From the NCBI GenBank assembly GCA_951406725.2, contig OX597819.1:1178001-1242000 (forward strand): 64,000 bases of DNA, read 5' to 3'. This DNA comes from Octopus vulgaris. Lineage: Eukaryota. Below, piece by piece: positions 24,980 to 38,429 of this stretch. The position numbers were made by a program, and so were the translations under genes. Position 1 is the first letter of the stretch. Each line of letters starts with the position of its first letter. Below the pieces are notes generated by a model. The model did no database searches. It had not been told where the DNA came from and saw only the letters and a program-made list of their open reading frames with translations.

Positions 24980-25383
24980 GCTTGCTAGGGGTACTAGGTC
25001 TGTGGGTAGGCTGTTCTTACGTTACAAGGATGTTTGCAAAAGGGACATGAAGGCCTGCAACATCAATATTAGCGGTTGGGAAGCAGTTGCCGGCAACCAT
25101 GGAGATTGGCGACATACCGTAAAAGAAGGAATACAAAGGAGTGAGAGAGAGAGAGAGAGGAGAAATGGAAAGACAAGAAAAGACGTCAACAAGAAACTAT
25201 GGCATTACAACCAGCCAGGAACAGTCTTCGCTACATTTGCGGTACCTGCCAGAGGAAGTGTTTGTCCAGGATAGGACTACATAGCCACAGCAGGAAATGT
25301 ATCAGGACATGAAATGTAAAAGCCGGACTAGACTATTTTATGTGCAACTCCATTGTCTCCCGAGACAAAAAGGATGCCAACAA
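24980..25383 (+). mobile_element. 3' fragment of a second RTE (BovB-like) LINE
   Basis: LRYKDVCKRDMKACNI...W...WR..VKEG followed by a frameshifted C..C...SRIGLHSH zinc finger. Confidence 0.75.
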
Positions 25384-27015
25384 TATAACACCCTAATGGG
25401 GGCCTTAACTCCCAAATTTTAGTCATTTCTTTTATGATCCAAAACTAAGTCAAAAGTACTGAATGGATCTTTACGAAATTTGGAAATTATATTCTATGCA
25501 TAAGGGCCACAACCCCCATGACAATTCATATATTTTTGCTGTTGATGAAATTTTAACCATAGTTATTAGATACAAATGAAGTAATATTTATAAAATTTCA
25601 TCTTCTTACAAGTTACAAAGACCCCTCCATGGGGACTTAACACCTACAATTTTGTCATTTTATCTAAGCAAAGACGAATACAGTTGTACTCTTGGAAGCT
25701 GTAGGGTCATCTGAGCATAAAAGATGAGCATTATTTGTAATTCAATGGTACAACAGTGTAAGAGTTTGCTTTGACATACACTTACATTGTGATTTCTGCA
25801 ATGTGGTGCATAAATTGTCAAGTAAATGAGGCATCTTTGCCTCCACTGATTCAGTTGCAAAGTGTTGAGTAAAATTACTTGATTGCAGACCTCCTTTCAG
25901 TCTTTTTATTATCACTGGGTCACACATAGTCCCCAGATGGTAACATTGATTTCAAGGCCTTCCCAGATGAATGACTGGTTATTCAAAGACATTTATTAAA
26001 TTGTAAATTTATTCTGTCCAGTTATGTATCAGTATAGTGGTCATTTGCAAACACTTTCATTTCTCCTTAGCCCTCACGTCACACAGTTGTTAATGTTTAT
26101 TTCAGTTGGGTCACGCCCTTCCAATTGTTATAGTTTCGTAATGCATCTTATGGCAGTGCCTGTCACCTGGATAGTGAGGAATCCTACATTGTAATCATTT
26201 GTCTTTTGGTTTCCTGTAGCTTTGCTCTCTTTTACACAGTGAACATATATTTCCTATTTCAAAGAAATTCAAGTAATAGATATAAGACCCAAGTTAAAAA
26301 GATTCTCAACAATTCAACTTTTCTGGTTGACATTAAGATGCCCACCTCCAACAGGGGCCTTAGCTCTCACATTTTAGAGCTCCATGACCTTCATTTTTCA
26401 GGAGCAAAATCTTTTTAACAGGTTCAATAAGACTGCAATTTTGCAGAGAAAGTTCTTGGTATAGTATTATATATATATTTGAAAAAATGAGTAAAGATGG
26501 CTTTTTTGAGGGGATAATTTTTATTTTAATCTTAATAATAATGTTTACAGTAAGTTATTCATTTCAATAATTGAAGTGAGGCCATGCTGGGGCACCACCT
26601 TGGATCCATACAACACTATAATCAGATGCATCAATTAATGTTAAGTGTTGGCAAATATCAGAAAACAGCGGCAAACTTAAAGAAGAGTATAGTGATGAAA
26701 TAATAAATTCTTTGTCAAGCCAAATTGGTAAACAACAACAGTTCTCACAATCAAGATATAGGTACAACTTTCTGAACACTGACAATATGGAATCTCTGAA
26801 AATCTGCATTTACACAAATATACAGGTACCTATATTTCTAATTTACACAAATTTACAGGTTCAATAGAAGCTCGGTTTTTGAACAACCCTGATCACAAGT
26901 AAATCGTACTTTATCTCCAGTCTTTCTCATATTCATTTAATACAGTAGCTCCTCAGTTTACAAATGCTTCTGATCACGAATAAATCAGGCTTTATATATA
27001 TCTATAATCTAATTA

Positions 27016-27071
<56 letters not shown>

Positions 27072-27654
27072 TTATTCACAATCAGAGTAGTTAAAAAAAC
27101 CGAGCTACTATTGTACAAGTATTTCTAATTTACACAAATATACAAGTACCTGTATTTCATTTAATTATTTAAGTAAATGTGATATTTCTTTAATTTAGAG
27201 TGTGTTGATCAAGGTGATCATTCCTGGTTTTGAAAATTCAGTAAAATGGAAAGGCTTTGGAACCAGAGGTTATAGAAAATCAACATTGTACCTGTATATG
27301 CCTTTCCTTGGGCAAAATGCTAGTCTACTGAAGTTAGTTCTCAGATAATTTAATCATTTTTTAATCTTTTACTTGTTTCAGTCATTTGAATGTGGCCGTG
27401 TTGGGACACTGCCTTGAAAGGTTTTAGTCAAACAAATCGACCCCAGGACTTATTTCCCTTTAAAGCCTAGTAATTACTCTATCAGTCTTTTTTGCTGAAC
27501 TGCCAAGTTACAAGGATGTAAACACACCAAGACTGGTTGTCACTCAGTGGTAGGGGACAAACAGAAAGACATACACACAGATTATATATGTTAGTGGATA
27601 TGGTAGACAAAAACTGAGAAGCCCATTGTGTGTGTGTGTTTATGTGTGTATATA

Positions 27655-27704
<50 letters not shown>

Positions 27705-30339
27705 ATGGGCTTCTTTCAATTTCTGTCAACCAAATCCACTCATGTTGCTTTCATTGGCCTGAAGCCACAGTAGAAGACACTTGCCCAAGGTGCCACGCAA
27801 GTTTCTTACCACACAACCATGCCTGCACCCATTACTACTACTATTTTATCAATTACAATATTACAATGAAACACAGAGGGAAGAATTTAAACAGTAAAAC
27901 TCAATCAACATTTTTTAAGCAGATCCCTGATCAAAGGCTTCCAAGTCATGATCACTTTCTCTACACTGCCCAAGGTTTCATTCCTTTTTTATAAAAGTAA
28001 GGAGAGAAAGGGGATTTTGCAAGCAAGAGAAGCATAAATGGTGATGATGATGATACTTTGGCAAGGAACTAAAAGGATTGGTTACAGTTTGGGCAGCTGT
28101 ATTGTCAATAATGAATTTGTAGGAGTTGTAGTGTTGCATAAAAGCTATCAACTTGCGGGGGTGAGTGATTTTCTCTATGAATTATAGGCTATCCTTTGCT
28201 TGTATACCAGAATCCTGTTTCCAAGTATAGTTAACCCTTTAGCATTATTCTGTCAAATGTATTGCTTATTTATTCACACTCTCGGAGTGGTTGGCATTAG
28301 GAAGGGCATCCAGCTGTAGAAACTTTGCCAGACCAGATTGAGCCTGGTGCAGCCTCTGGCTCACCAGTCCTCAGTCAAACCATCCAACCCATGCCAGCAT
28401 GGAAAACAGTTGTTAAACGATGATGATTGCTTTGAATTAATCATGCATTATGATGTAACATCATGATTTTGATGTGATTGCTTATTTTTAGAAGGACATT
28501 TTAGGATAGGTGTGAAAAACTGCATCTGGCTGGATCGAATATAAAATATGTAAAATATTTAGGCTGGATCTAGTTGGTTTGAATATTAAAGAGTTAAATT
28601 TCATATTGTTACTTAGTGCTACTAACTGTCGCTTGAGTGGAATTATGGCCCATGATAGCTGTTTCTAGCAGTGGACATACTCCCCTTAGTTTTATTTTTA
28701 TGTAGGCATGTCCCATGATGCAAAATTTAATGATGTTATCCCTATTTAAAGCTAAATATTATGGTAAAGGTACACAAAAGTATTTGCATGAAAGCTGCAC
28801 AACCATCTCATACTGTTAGTGTGGTGCCAATGGAAACAGGTAAATTGGTGTTAAAGAGAGTTCTTAAAGAAGCTAAAAAGACAGCTTGTTAAACTGGCTT
28901 TGTCAAATGAAGGACCTTAGTAATTTAAGTTCAAAACTATATAGAATTTGAATCCACTCAGCATATTTTTACAATTGTTATACGTCATACACAAATATTA
29001 AACTTTTGGTTTTAGATAATCTTTCAAAATCTAAATGCTCTGAATGATGTGAAGGTGTGTGGCTTAATGATTAGGATATTTGGCTTAGGATCACGAGGTT
29101 GTGAGTTGGTTACCCATCAACATGTTTTGGCCATGAGTAAGTCACTTTATTTCATGTTGTTCCAGTCTACTCAGCTGGTAAAAATGAGTAATACCTGTAT
29201 TTCAAAGGGACAGCTATATCCCATTCTGTGTTCTCTGCTGAATCCCCTGAGAACTAAATTAAGGGTATGTGTGTCTGTGGGGTGCTCAGCCACTTGCACA
29301 TTGATTTCATGAGCAAGCTGTTCTGTTGATTGGATCTACTGGAACACTCATAGACGTAACTGGAGTGTCAGTTAAATGCTCTGAATATCAACTCTTTGTT
29401 AGGGTTACCAGTAAATAGCCAACTGAATTATATTCTCTAATAAAGAACGAAAAGTTGTTCATTGATTTAGAGCTGGACACCTAATATTCAACCCTCTATC
29501 CAAAACTAGGCTTGATTGCCAACCAAGCCCATCTTTCCTGCTTCTGTTACAAGCACAATTAGATCTATGCCCCAAGGATACCTTGCTCACAATTGCTGTA
29601 GCCATACTACATTGCACAATATACAAGCGAACAAACAAGTATCTAGAGGTTAATCAACCTGTTAAAAAGAGTAACCTAATCTCCCACAAATAACACTCAA
29701 CCACTTTGAAAAACGAAAGAAACATTGACCTGTGAACTCATATCTATAATGCAAAGACAGGATGGTTCTGGTTGGAACAGAATTGATAATGGATTTGCTT
29801 GGTCAGGGCTGACTTTAGGCTAAACAATGATTGTAAGGGGGGTGGGAGCATCTTAATATTGTCAAATAGGTTGTAGCAGTAATAGATCAATGGATCAAAT
29901 ACCAACTACAAGTTCATCCGTCTGCTGCAGTAAAAATGAAAGAAGCTACACAACAATAGAAGCAAAGCTTAGTACCAGCAAAGTCAGAGTAATGTACCTT
30001 GTCAACAGCACACTGCTAATAGTTACTAAAGAAAACAAATTATTCATCTAACACTTTTAATGTTACATTTTTTTCATAAGATCTACGAGAATATTTTTGC
30101 AAATATGTGCGCCAGCGTGTGTGTGCAGGCAAAGGATGTGATGTTGTGAAGTTTACTACACAACCACACAGGTCTGGGTTCAGTTCCACTGCACGGCACC
30201 TTAGGCAAGTGTCTACTATAACCTCAGGTCAAAGTCTTGTAGGTGGATTTGGTGAGATGGAAACAAAGAATCCCGCCGTGCACATACACACACACCACCC
30301 CTCACCGTTTGTTCTCACTCTCCTGTTCTTGTTACTACT

Positions 30340-30610
30340 TTCACCCTCCGCCAAAAAATCCCAAATTTTATTTAACTTGCTTTGCGGGAAGGACTGTTTC
30401 AACGAAGTCGTGTATTATCTTTACCTTCGAAACGTGGAGTAAATGAAACAGGGACAACTGAAGAAGGGGAATATTCTTTATGTTGCATGTCTCGTTTCTC
30501 TGTTTTTTTTCGTTATTCGAAAAAAGTTCGCTTTCTATGTTTTCGTTTTTATGTCTTCGTTTCTCATTGTGTTGAACGTTTTTTTGATGTCCTGTACCCA
30601 TAAATACATG
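30340..30610 (+). mobile_element. Penelope-like terminal repeat remnant
   Basis: ctgtttca...ttcGAAACgtggaGTAaatgaaacag hammerhead half-fold followed by a T-rich tail abutting microsatellites. Confidence 0.45.
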
Positions 30611-30639
30611 TATACATACATATATATGTGGGTATGCGC

Positions 30640-30672
<33 letters not shown>

Positions 30673-31838
30673 TGCATATATATATATATGAGAGAGAGTG
30701 TGTGAGTGCGCGCATGTATGAGTGCGTGGATTTGTTTCTTTGTCCTGACATTGCATGCTAATTGTAAACAAACTTTACAGACATATAAGTGGTGTCCATT
30801 TGTAATCTTCTGTGAAAACAGCCATAGTGCTATTCGTGTTTCAAGCACGTCAGGAAATATTGTCTTCCTAAGAAACAGGCGAGAGTTGGCGACAGGAAAA
30901 ACCAAGATGCGAAAAGTGGACGTTTCCATGGAGAATAAGACGATCCACCCATTTGCAGGGATTGTAGTTTAACCCCAAGTTTCCCCTGATCGAGCAGATT
31001 TCAATACAATGGCATTCCAATCATGACCAACCTGTCTTTGTATTTAGTCTGACGATCGAGCAGAACCTAATTCCAAGAGGATGGAGCTCTCGATACTGGA
31101 AATTATAAGAGAATTTCCTAAATGACACATTTCATGAAAAAGGGTTGGCTACTCTAGTCCAGGGCTGCAAGAAACTCAAATCCACCTACTCTGGATTTTT
31201 TGGAGAAGCGCAATTAAAGGATATGTTTACAAGCGACAGCATCAAAACACCAATGAGGTGGAAAAAATTGCCAAAATCTTTCAAACCACTCTTTTAATTT
31301 TGATTATTGATAATAGGGCTCATCTACTTTCTCTATACAAAAAAGCTGGCAGAAGGCATTTCTCACATTAATGCCTAATATAACATTAACATTGTTAATC
31401 AATGGTGAGACCTTTATTTCATGTCAGTCCCATTATAATGTCACAAAAATGACATTAAACGTTTACATATGGACATGTAATATATTATACACATATGGAA
31501 TTAACAGGAATAAATTACAATCAGCTTAATATAGGATTTTGAATTCTTTCTATATAAGGCATCTACTTTCATTCATGAAAATCGTTTTTAATGTTTGTAA
31601 CTAAAATATAATAAATAACTTACAAGAAATATTGAAAAATTTGCATCAAAATAAATCGTTGTATTTACTCAATCTTCCGTGTTATCCGAAAATTATCCAA
31701 AGGAGCAAAACATTCTAATTTGGTTTGATTTTAATAATTTAGTTTAAAATAGCAGATTGTTGAAAACCTCAATTAATACAATTAAAAAGAAAATGATAAG
31801 AAAATGATTGAAAAGTATTTCTAGTTAATGACCCTCAC

Positions 31839-32240
31839 CTACTTCAGGTTAAAAACCCAGCTCCCCAAATGGATTGGAGCCTTTAAATGACTAAACTGGA
31901 TGTTACCAATCGAAAGATGTGTTGGGGACACAGGTGCGTCTTTTTTTTCTAGCAAAATGTGGTCGTATTTAAATTGAGCTTAATTGGGCTTAATTGGGAA
32001 ACATAGCAGGGTGTCACGTATGAATGGGGAAAGTGCGATTAACTGGGATCATCCATATCATTACAGTTCGATCATTTATAGTAAAGAGAAGCATTTGATA
32101 CTGAAAAGTAAAATAATTCTGATGGAGATTTCTTGTAATAAATAAACAGAAATAAATGAAACATTATTTTTACGAACCTCAGCTCATTTGAATGTTTATG
32201 ACACTTGCACAAGTTATTTCCCTTGATTGTAACCGGAAGT
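31839..32240 (-). promoter_or_regulatory. Candidate promoter/first non-coding exon of the zinc-finger gene
   Basis: Locally CpG-richer unique sequence, ETS-type CCGGAAGT at 32233-32240, minus-strand donor AG|GTGAGG at 31839/31838; no transcript evidence. Confidence 0.3.
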
Positions 32241-32519
32241 TGGTTTGTTGTAAAACTCTTCAACACGTCTTCTCTTCCTTTCTTTCCTCTCCCTCTCCCT
32301 CCCTCTCTCCCTCTCTCTCACTCTCTCTTCACATACTCCCGCTCACTCACTCTCTATTTTTCTTTGTCTCATTTTTCTCCACAGGCATAAAGCGCACTCT
32401 TCTTTTCTCTCTGCCTGTCTCCCTTTCTCTCTCTCTCTCTTAAATATTTCTTTTGGTTGCCAATTTTCCGTATGCGTGTGTATAAAATTGTAGAATTATT
32501 TTGTTTGTTAATTGTTTAA

Positions 32520-32871
32520 ATTATTTTCCATTGCTTTCGTTTAAGCCTTCCGTTTTTTTTTTTACACGCGTAACAATTAAATTAATTTAACAATAAAGAA
32601 AAAAAAATTAGGGTTAGGGTGAGGTTTAGGGTTAGTGACAGGATGTTGTCTCAGTTTTAGACGCAGCAAATGATTTTAGCTCAATTAGAGGCGATTCATT
32701 GGTTAAAATTCGAAAAATTAAACTACGTTAAACAAACGAATTACAATTTTATCAAGAAAGCCAAGAGAAAAAAATGTTTTATTTTGACACATTCTACCAG
32801 TATACGAAGTTTTAAAGTGCTTAGTTAACTAGAAATTGTGTTGACATGTGCCGTTCAAAAGGAAAAGATCC
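32520..32871. repeat. Interspersed repeat (probable MITE fragment) with TTAGGG-like block
   Basis: ttagggttagggtgaggtttagggttag at 32608-32635; element-like end ccgttcaaaaggaaaagatcc. Confidence 0.4.
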
Positions 32872-33668
32872 TAATAAAATGTCTATATATTGTGAATAAG
32901 ATTAATAAAGATATAAACTTGTTGCTAGTATTTACAAGGGCCTCCGAGACTGATGGAAGGAAGAGAAGGAGGTATTCTTAAACTGGAAACCGGGTCTGAT
33001 TACTGAAAAGAGAGTGGCTCCTCTAAAAGCACTAAGGAGCCAAGTTGTGTTAAACTGGGAGACGGAGATCTACTGTCCGAGCAGACCATCGTGGGATTTA
33101 GACTTGGAACACAAGGACCTGCAACAAATAAAATACGGCATACCGTCTGACGCTCTAATATATCTGACGACCCACTGCCTTAGACTATTACTTTATATAT
33201 GGATCCCAGAAGGATGAAGGGCAAAGTGGCGCTCACTGAAATTTGCATTCAGGATGCAGAAATATACAACTCAAAGGATTTCATCGGCCAATTTGGCATA
33301 CGCATATGAAGGTTTTCTTTCAGCTTCTGTCTAACAAATCCATTCACAAGGCTTTGGTCGACTCTGGACTTTAGTTAAAGACACTTGTCCAAGGTGCCAT
33401 GCTGTGGGATTTAACCTGGAACCATGTAGTTACGAAGCAAACTTCTTCCTGCTCAGGTTCGTCTGTGCATTGAACATCTAACTTTATCTATTATATTTTT
33501 CAATGTTTAGAATATTTTAGCATATATATTCCAATTTTATAAGAATGTCTACATAGTTTAAAACAAGTTTTAAATTATTAACCATCTTACTAACAATAAC
33601 TCTGAGCACCTTTCCAAACTCAATCTGTCTAACACCCGTGGACATGTTTACAAAGTCAGATTCGAAAT

Positions 33669-33962
33669 CGACCAAAGCCTTGTGAGTGGATTTGGTAGAC
33701 GGGAACTGAAAGAAGTCTGTTGTATATATGTATATATATATATGGGTGTGTATATGTTTGTGTGTCTGTGTTTGTCCTCCCAACATCGCTTGACAACCGA
33801 TGCTGGTGTGTTTACGTCCCCGTAACTTAGCGGTTCAGCAAAAGCGACTGATAGAATAAGTACTAGGCTTACGAAGAATAAGTCCTGGGGTCGATTTCCT
33901 CGACTAAAGGCGGTGCTTCAGCATGGCCACAGTCAAATGACTGAAACTGGTAAAAGAGTAAA
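33669..33962 (+). mobile_element. SINE family 1, 5'-truncated, well preserved
   Basis: High identity to the inverse of 43006-43235. Confidence 0.85.
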
Positions 33963-34649
33963 AGTGATACATTTTAGAGTCAATATGACATTGGCTTAGA
34001 AGTAGAGTTTTCAAGTCAAAATGTAAATGAATCAATAAAATTAATATTTCAAGAACACCAAAGAATCTTACCATGCTACCCATATTGTAATGCCTTTGAA
34101 CCGCTCTGATTATCTCATCTCTAACATTTGCTCCCTTCTGTGCCATACTCCTGTGTAATGAAGGATGGTACTAGACCTGCTTGCATTCACTCCCCTTCCT
34201 TCCACTATCCTGTCCTCAATATACTTGGCAATCAATCTTTCTGTACAAAGTATCAACATCACTTCTCTTCTTTTCCACCCCCATCCAATCATTTTGCTTT
34301 TACTACCACACTCTTGTTCCTTTTACCCGTTCACTCTGGTTTTCTTTTATCCCTCTATTTGATATTCATCCTCTTGGTTACATTGCATTAAGCAAACAAG
34401 TACAGCATAAAGTAGTGTGAACTCTTCAGTCTTCCAGGGTAAAAGGCAACCTCACTAGAACTGGTGCTATGATAAAATGAACCTGCTACATTTTGTAAAG
34501 TAAGTCATAATCAAGCAGAGGCAGTATAGACTCAAAAGAACCTTCTTTTAGTTTGTGAAGGACATGATAACCTTTCTTGTGCTGATGCCATGGTAAAATG
34601 CACCAAATATGATTTGAATAATGGGTGGAATGTTCCGTGCATGATCGAA

Positions 34650-34977
34650 ACCAGTGTTGCCTTACTGGCACGTGAAAAAACATTTGAGCAAGGTCATTGC
34701 CAGTGCCTCTGGACTGGTTCCTGTGCAGGGAGCACGTAAAAAATACCATTTGAGCTTGGCCATTGCCAGTACCACCTGACTGGCCCTTGTGCTGGTGGCA
34801 CATAAAAGCACCCACTACACTCTTGGAGTGGTTGGTGTTAGGAAGGGCATCCAGCTGTAGAAACCTTGCCAGATCGAGATTGGAGCCTGGTGCAGCCATC
34901 TGGTTCACCAGTCCTCAGTCAAAACGTCCAACCCATGCTAGCATGGAAAGCAGACATTAAACAATGATGATGATGAT
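34650..34977 (+). mobile_element. RTE 3'UTR/tail fragment
   Basis: ggagtggttggtgttaggaagggcatccagctgtagaaac...catgctagcatgg...(GAT)n, as at 23800-23947. Confidence 0.85.
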
Positions 34978-37900
34978 TGTTATAAAGAAAGCCAGCCAAC
35001 AATTCAAACAAAATCAAAAATGAAATATAGAAGTGATACATAGTCCTCTGACCCTTCTATGTGGGTAGTAACTCTGAATAAGAATTGAACCCTTCAACTA
35101 ATGTCAGCATAGAAAGCAGAAACAAAATGATGATGATAGTTATAATATGAGGAAAGTACTATAAAAAATTTAGATGTGGGTATTAGATTGGGTATTTGAC
35201 AAAGCAATTTGGAAGTTGACTGGCTGTCGTGTGTGTGCTGATAATAATGGTAGTGGCCTAAACTGAAATACACCAATAAACTTACACTTGCATGGCAAAA
35301 GACTCCATTTGCAAAGGATTCCTAAGCAATTTTGCAGTTATGGAATAGCTTGTTTAGTTATTATTAATGTTTATTTCAGTTTTCGTTTGTTATCACCAAA
35401 TTTAGATGTGTAACACAAATTACCTCAGTATGCCAAACTTAGGTCACAGGAACACATTGTCGCATGCAATGGTGGAGAATATAGATCTCATGGGTCAATG
35501 AGGGAGCAGCACATGGTTGCTAAACCTATTTATAAGTAGCCAAATCTCCCTCAAAGTATACTCAACTGCCTGGGTAGAGGGAAGGGCATCCAGGTGTATG
35601 TAGTCTTTGACATTCTTCTGAATGGCCAAGATGATCATTACTGAAATGCCTTTCATAATAGATCTCTTCAATCAAGGCTGACTTGGGGCTAAAGAACACC
35701 AACAAACATCAAATTTGTCCCAGAAATACCTCTGGGTATTAAGTTGAATCACAAACATGTTTGGTCACATGTCTCAATATATCTCAGTGAGGTAGAAGAC
35801 ATCATGACTGAGACACACACTTACTGAGGATGTCACAGAGTTACAGCAGCCTTGCTGTGTCAGCTAAGTCACAGCAACAAAAAAAAAATGCCCTGTCACA
35901 GCTATACACAGATTTACTGTGACACAGCTCTGTCACAAAGTTGAAGCAATGAATTGCTAGGTCATAGTATGTAGTAATAAGGGGTGACAGAACTATAAAG
36001 GGGAGAAAGGAGAAATGAGAAGTGCTAGAGAGTGGCAAGGAATGGCGGTGAAGGGGGAAAGAAAGAGAAAAATGAAAGGAGAAAGAGCAGAGAGAAGTGA
36101 GAAATTTAGAAAGGATGGGAGAAAGAGAAGAAAAATGAGAGAAGTATGGGGAGGGAAGAGGGTGATTTCTTGTACAGACACTGGATCATAGTTTCATTGA
36201 AGAGAATGCAGTAGGATGTTATGGCATTCATGTATTTTCCAGAGGGAAAATTTATGATATAATGATTTATATTTATCTTTCATTTTTTCTTTTATCTCTT
36301 ACTTGTTTCAGTCATGAGACTGCACCACTGCTGGGACACCACCTAGAAAGGGTAGTTTGCAAGTTTGAGACTACTTTGCCATATTCCATCACCACATGAC
36401 TTAAGATTAAGCAGATTTATGTTGTTAGGCCTTAGGCATAAATTGGGTTTAAGTGAGCATATCTGAGTGAAAATTACAATTTTAGATCTATTACCAAAAA
36501 CAATTTCTTGTTGCAAAAGCATGTATAAAATTTTCTTTGTTTCAAATAGCTTGATAATTAATCATTTTGTTACATTTCTAGACATGCTAAAACAGGTAAT
36601 TTGAAATTTTCTTGTACCTAAGCATTCCACAAGTTGAAGAGATTTAATATTTTCAGTAGTGGCTTATGAAGTACAGTTGAAATATCAGGGAGATTATACA
36701 GTAATCTGAAACTGACATAGAATTAGAATATTTGCTGAAAACTGCTTGAAAAGTGAGAATATCTGAATTTTGGAAAAATTCATCTGAGCATTTGTGTTAG
36801 GACAGTCTTAGATTTCTCAATAGCTTTGGTGTTAGGACTTGCTTTTAGTTTAGTTTCAGGTCTACATAATGACATGTTTAAAGGTGAAAATTTCTCAACA
36901 TTTTTATGCAATTGTCTAGTATCTTCATTTAAAACCATTGGACACACCTAGAAATATATGAAATTATTCATATTTGAAATTTTAGTTTAAAATGTTTTTC
37001 AGGGCTGTCTGTTTAATGCTCAATGCAAACATAGCAAAAACTCTTGTTAATGTTTCAACTGAAGATGTCATAGACAACACTAATTTCTAAACATCAGTTG
37101 TCACCCATAGCAAAATACAAAACTACTCTGAAATAGAATCAACCTCTAATCAAACATAACTAAACCTGTAACTAACCATAATGTGACCAAATGTTAGATT
37201 AAAGGTTGATTCTATTTCAGAGTAGTTTGCAACATTAACAAGAGTTTTTGCTTAAAATAAAAGGGAGGATATCTAAAAATCCAAATGCATTAGGTTAAAG
37301 ATAGTTTTAATTTTGAGATAAGTTTTGTATGATGTTTAGTTTCAGCTTTATTGGGGTAAGTATTAAATTACATTTATGTAGAATTAGGTTTAGATTCAAG
37401 GTTAAGATCAGAATTAAAGTAAGTGAAGGTTTATGGTTTTTGTTGATCTTAAGGATATGGTAAAGTTTATGAGTAAGAGTAGGGTTGGGCTTAGTCTTCA
37501 AATGTACTTTTAGGCTAAAATAATTTCTTTTAGAAATTGGAAATGTTAACTAAAACATATCTGAAAGGAAATCAAAATTTTAGATCTCGTTGAAACAATT
37601 GTGAATTGTTAAAGTGGGAATTTTCATAGTTTCAAAGCAGGTATGAAAATTTCTCTTATTTCATATATCTTGAGAATTATTCCATTTCACTTGAAATGTG
37701 TTCACATCTACAGGAGATTGAAAAATCATCTTGTTTCAAATCTACAAAGGAAATTTGTTAGATTCTACTTTAGAAAATATAGAATGTGTACAAATGGTAA
37801 TCAACAATCAAAAGCTTTTGTTCAACTGCAGAAAATACAGAAAGTATACAAATTATTATTTTGGAATTTTGTCTTCCCTCAGTGTACTTTAAAATTTCCC

Positions 37901-38429
37901 TACCCTTTTAGATTACACAAACTTTAAAACTAAGCATCATCTTCAGCATAACAGTAAGTGTAGAGGAACTCTAATCCAATACTTAAAGCTAAATTTAAAT
38001 CCATAAATGAAAACCAAATTCCATTTCAAACACAACTTAACTCTTTCACTCAAAACAACTCTTGCAACATCATCTTAGGTTAGCATTTGATTTCTGTGTA
38101 GTTTTATTTTGTGTTGGGGGTGCAAAGTTTCGTTTTTACATTTGATGGTTGCATGCATTTGTAGGCCATCGGAAATGTTATGAATCTTTTCATTGTTATC
38201 ACTGATTGGAAATTAAATAACATGCAATAATTTCCAACTTATTTTTATAATCTCTTAGAATGTTTTTGTGTTCATTACATTATGGAAGCTTTAAAGATAA
38301 GGTGCAGACTATTGTTAGGTTCAATATATTTTAGCAATAACAACTAGGACTAAGTATTAGGTTTGGTATTGTCTTAAAGGTTTAAGGTGAGCCTTAGGAA
38401 TATTATAAGTTTTGAGGGTAAGCATTATA

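Noticed and set aside
25660-26190. Possible very old mariner or host exon (minus strand)
   Set aside because: Only faint HTH-like similarity with many stops; too weak to call
32608-32635. Telomere or interstitial telomeric array
   Set aside because: Only about 4 degenerate TTAGGG units inside an interspersed repeat
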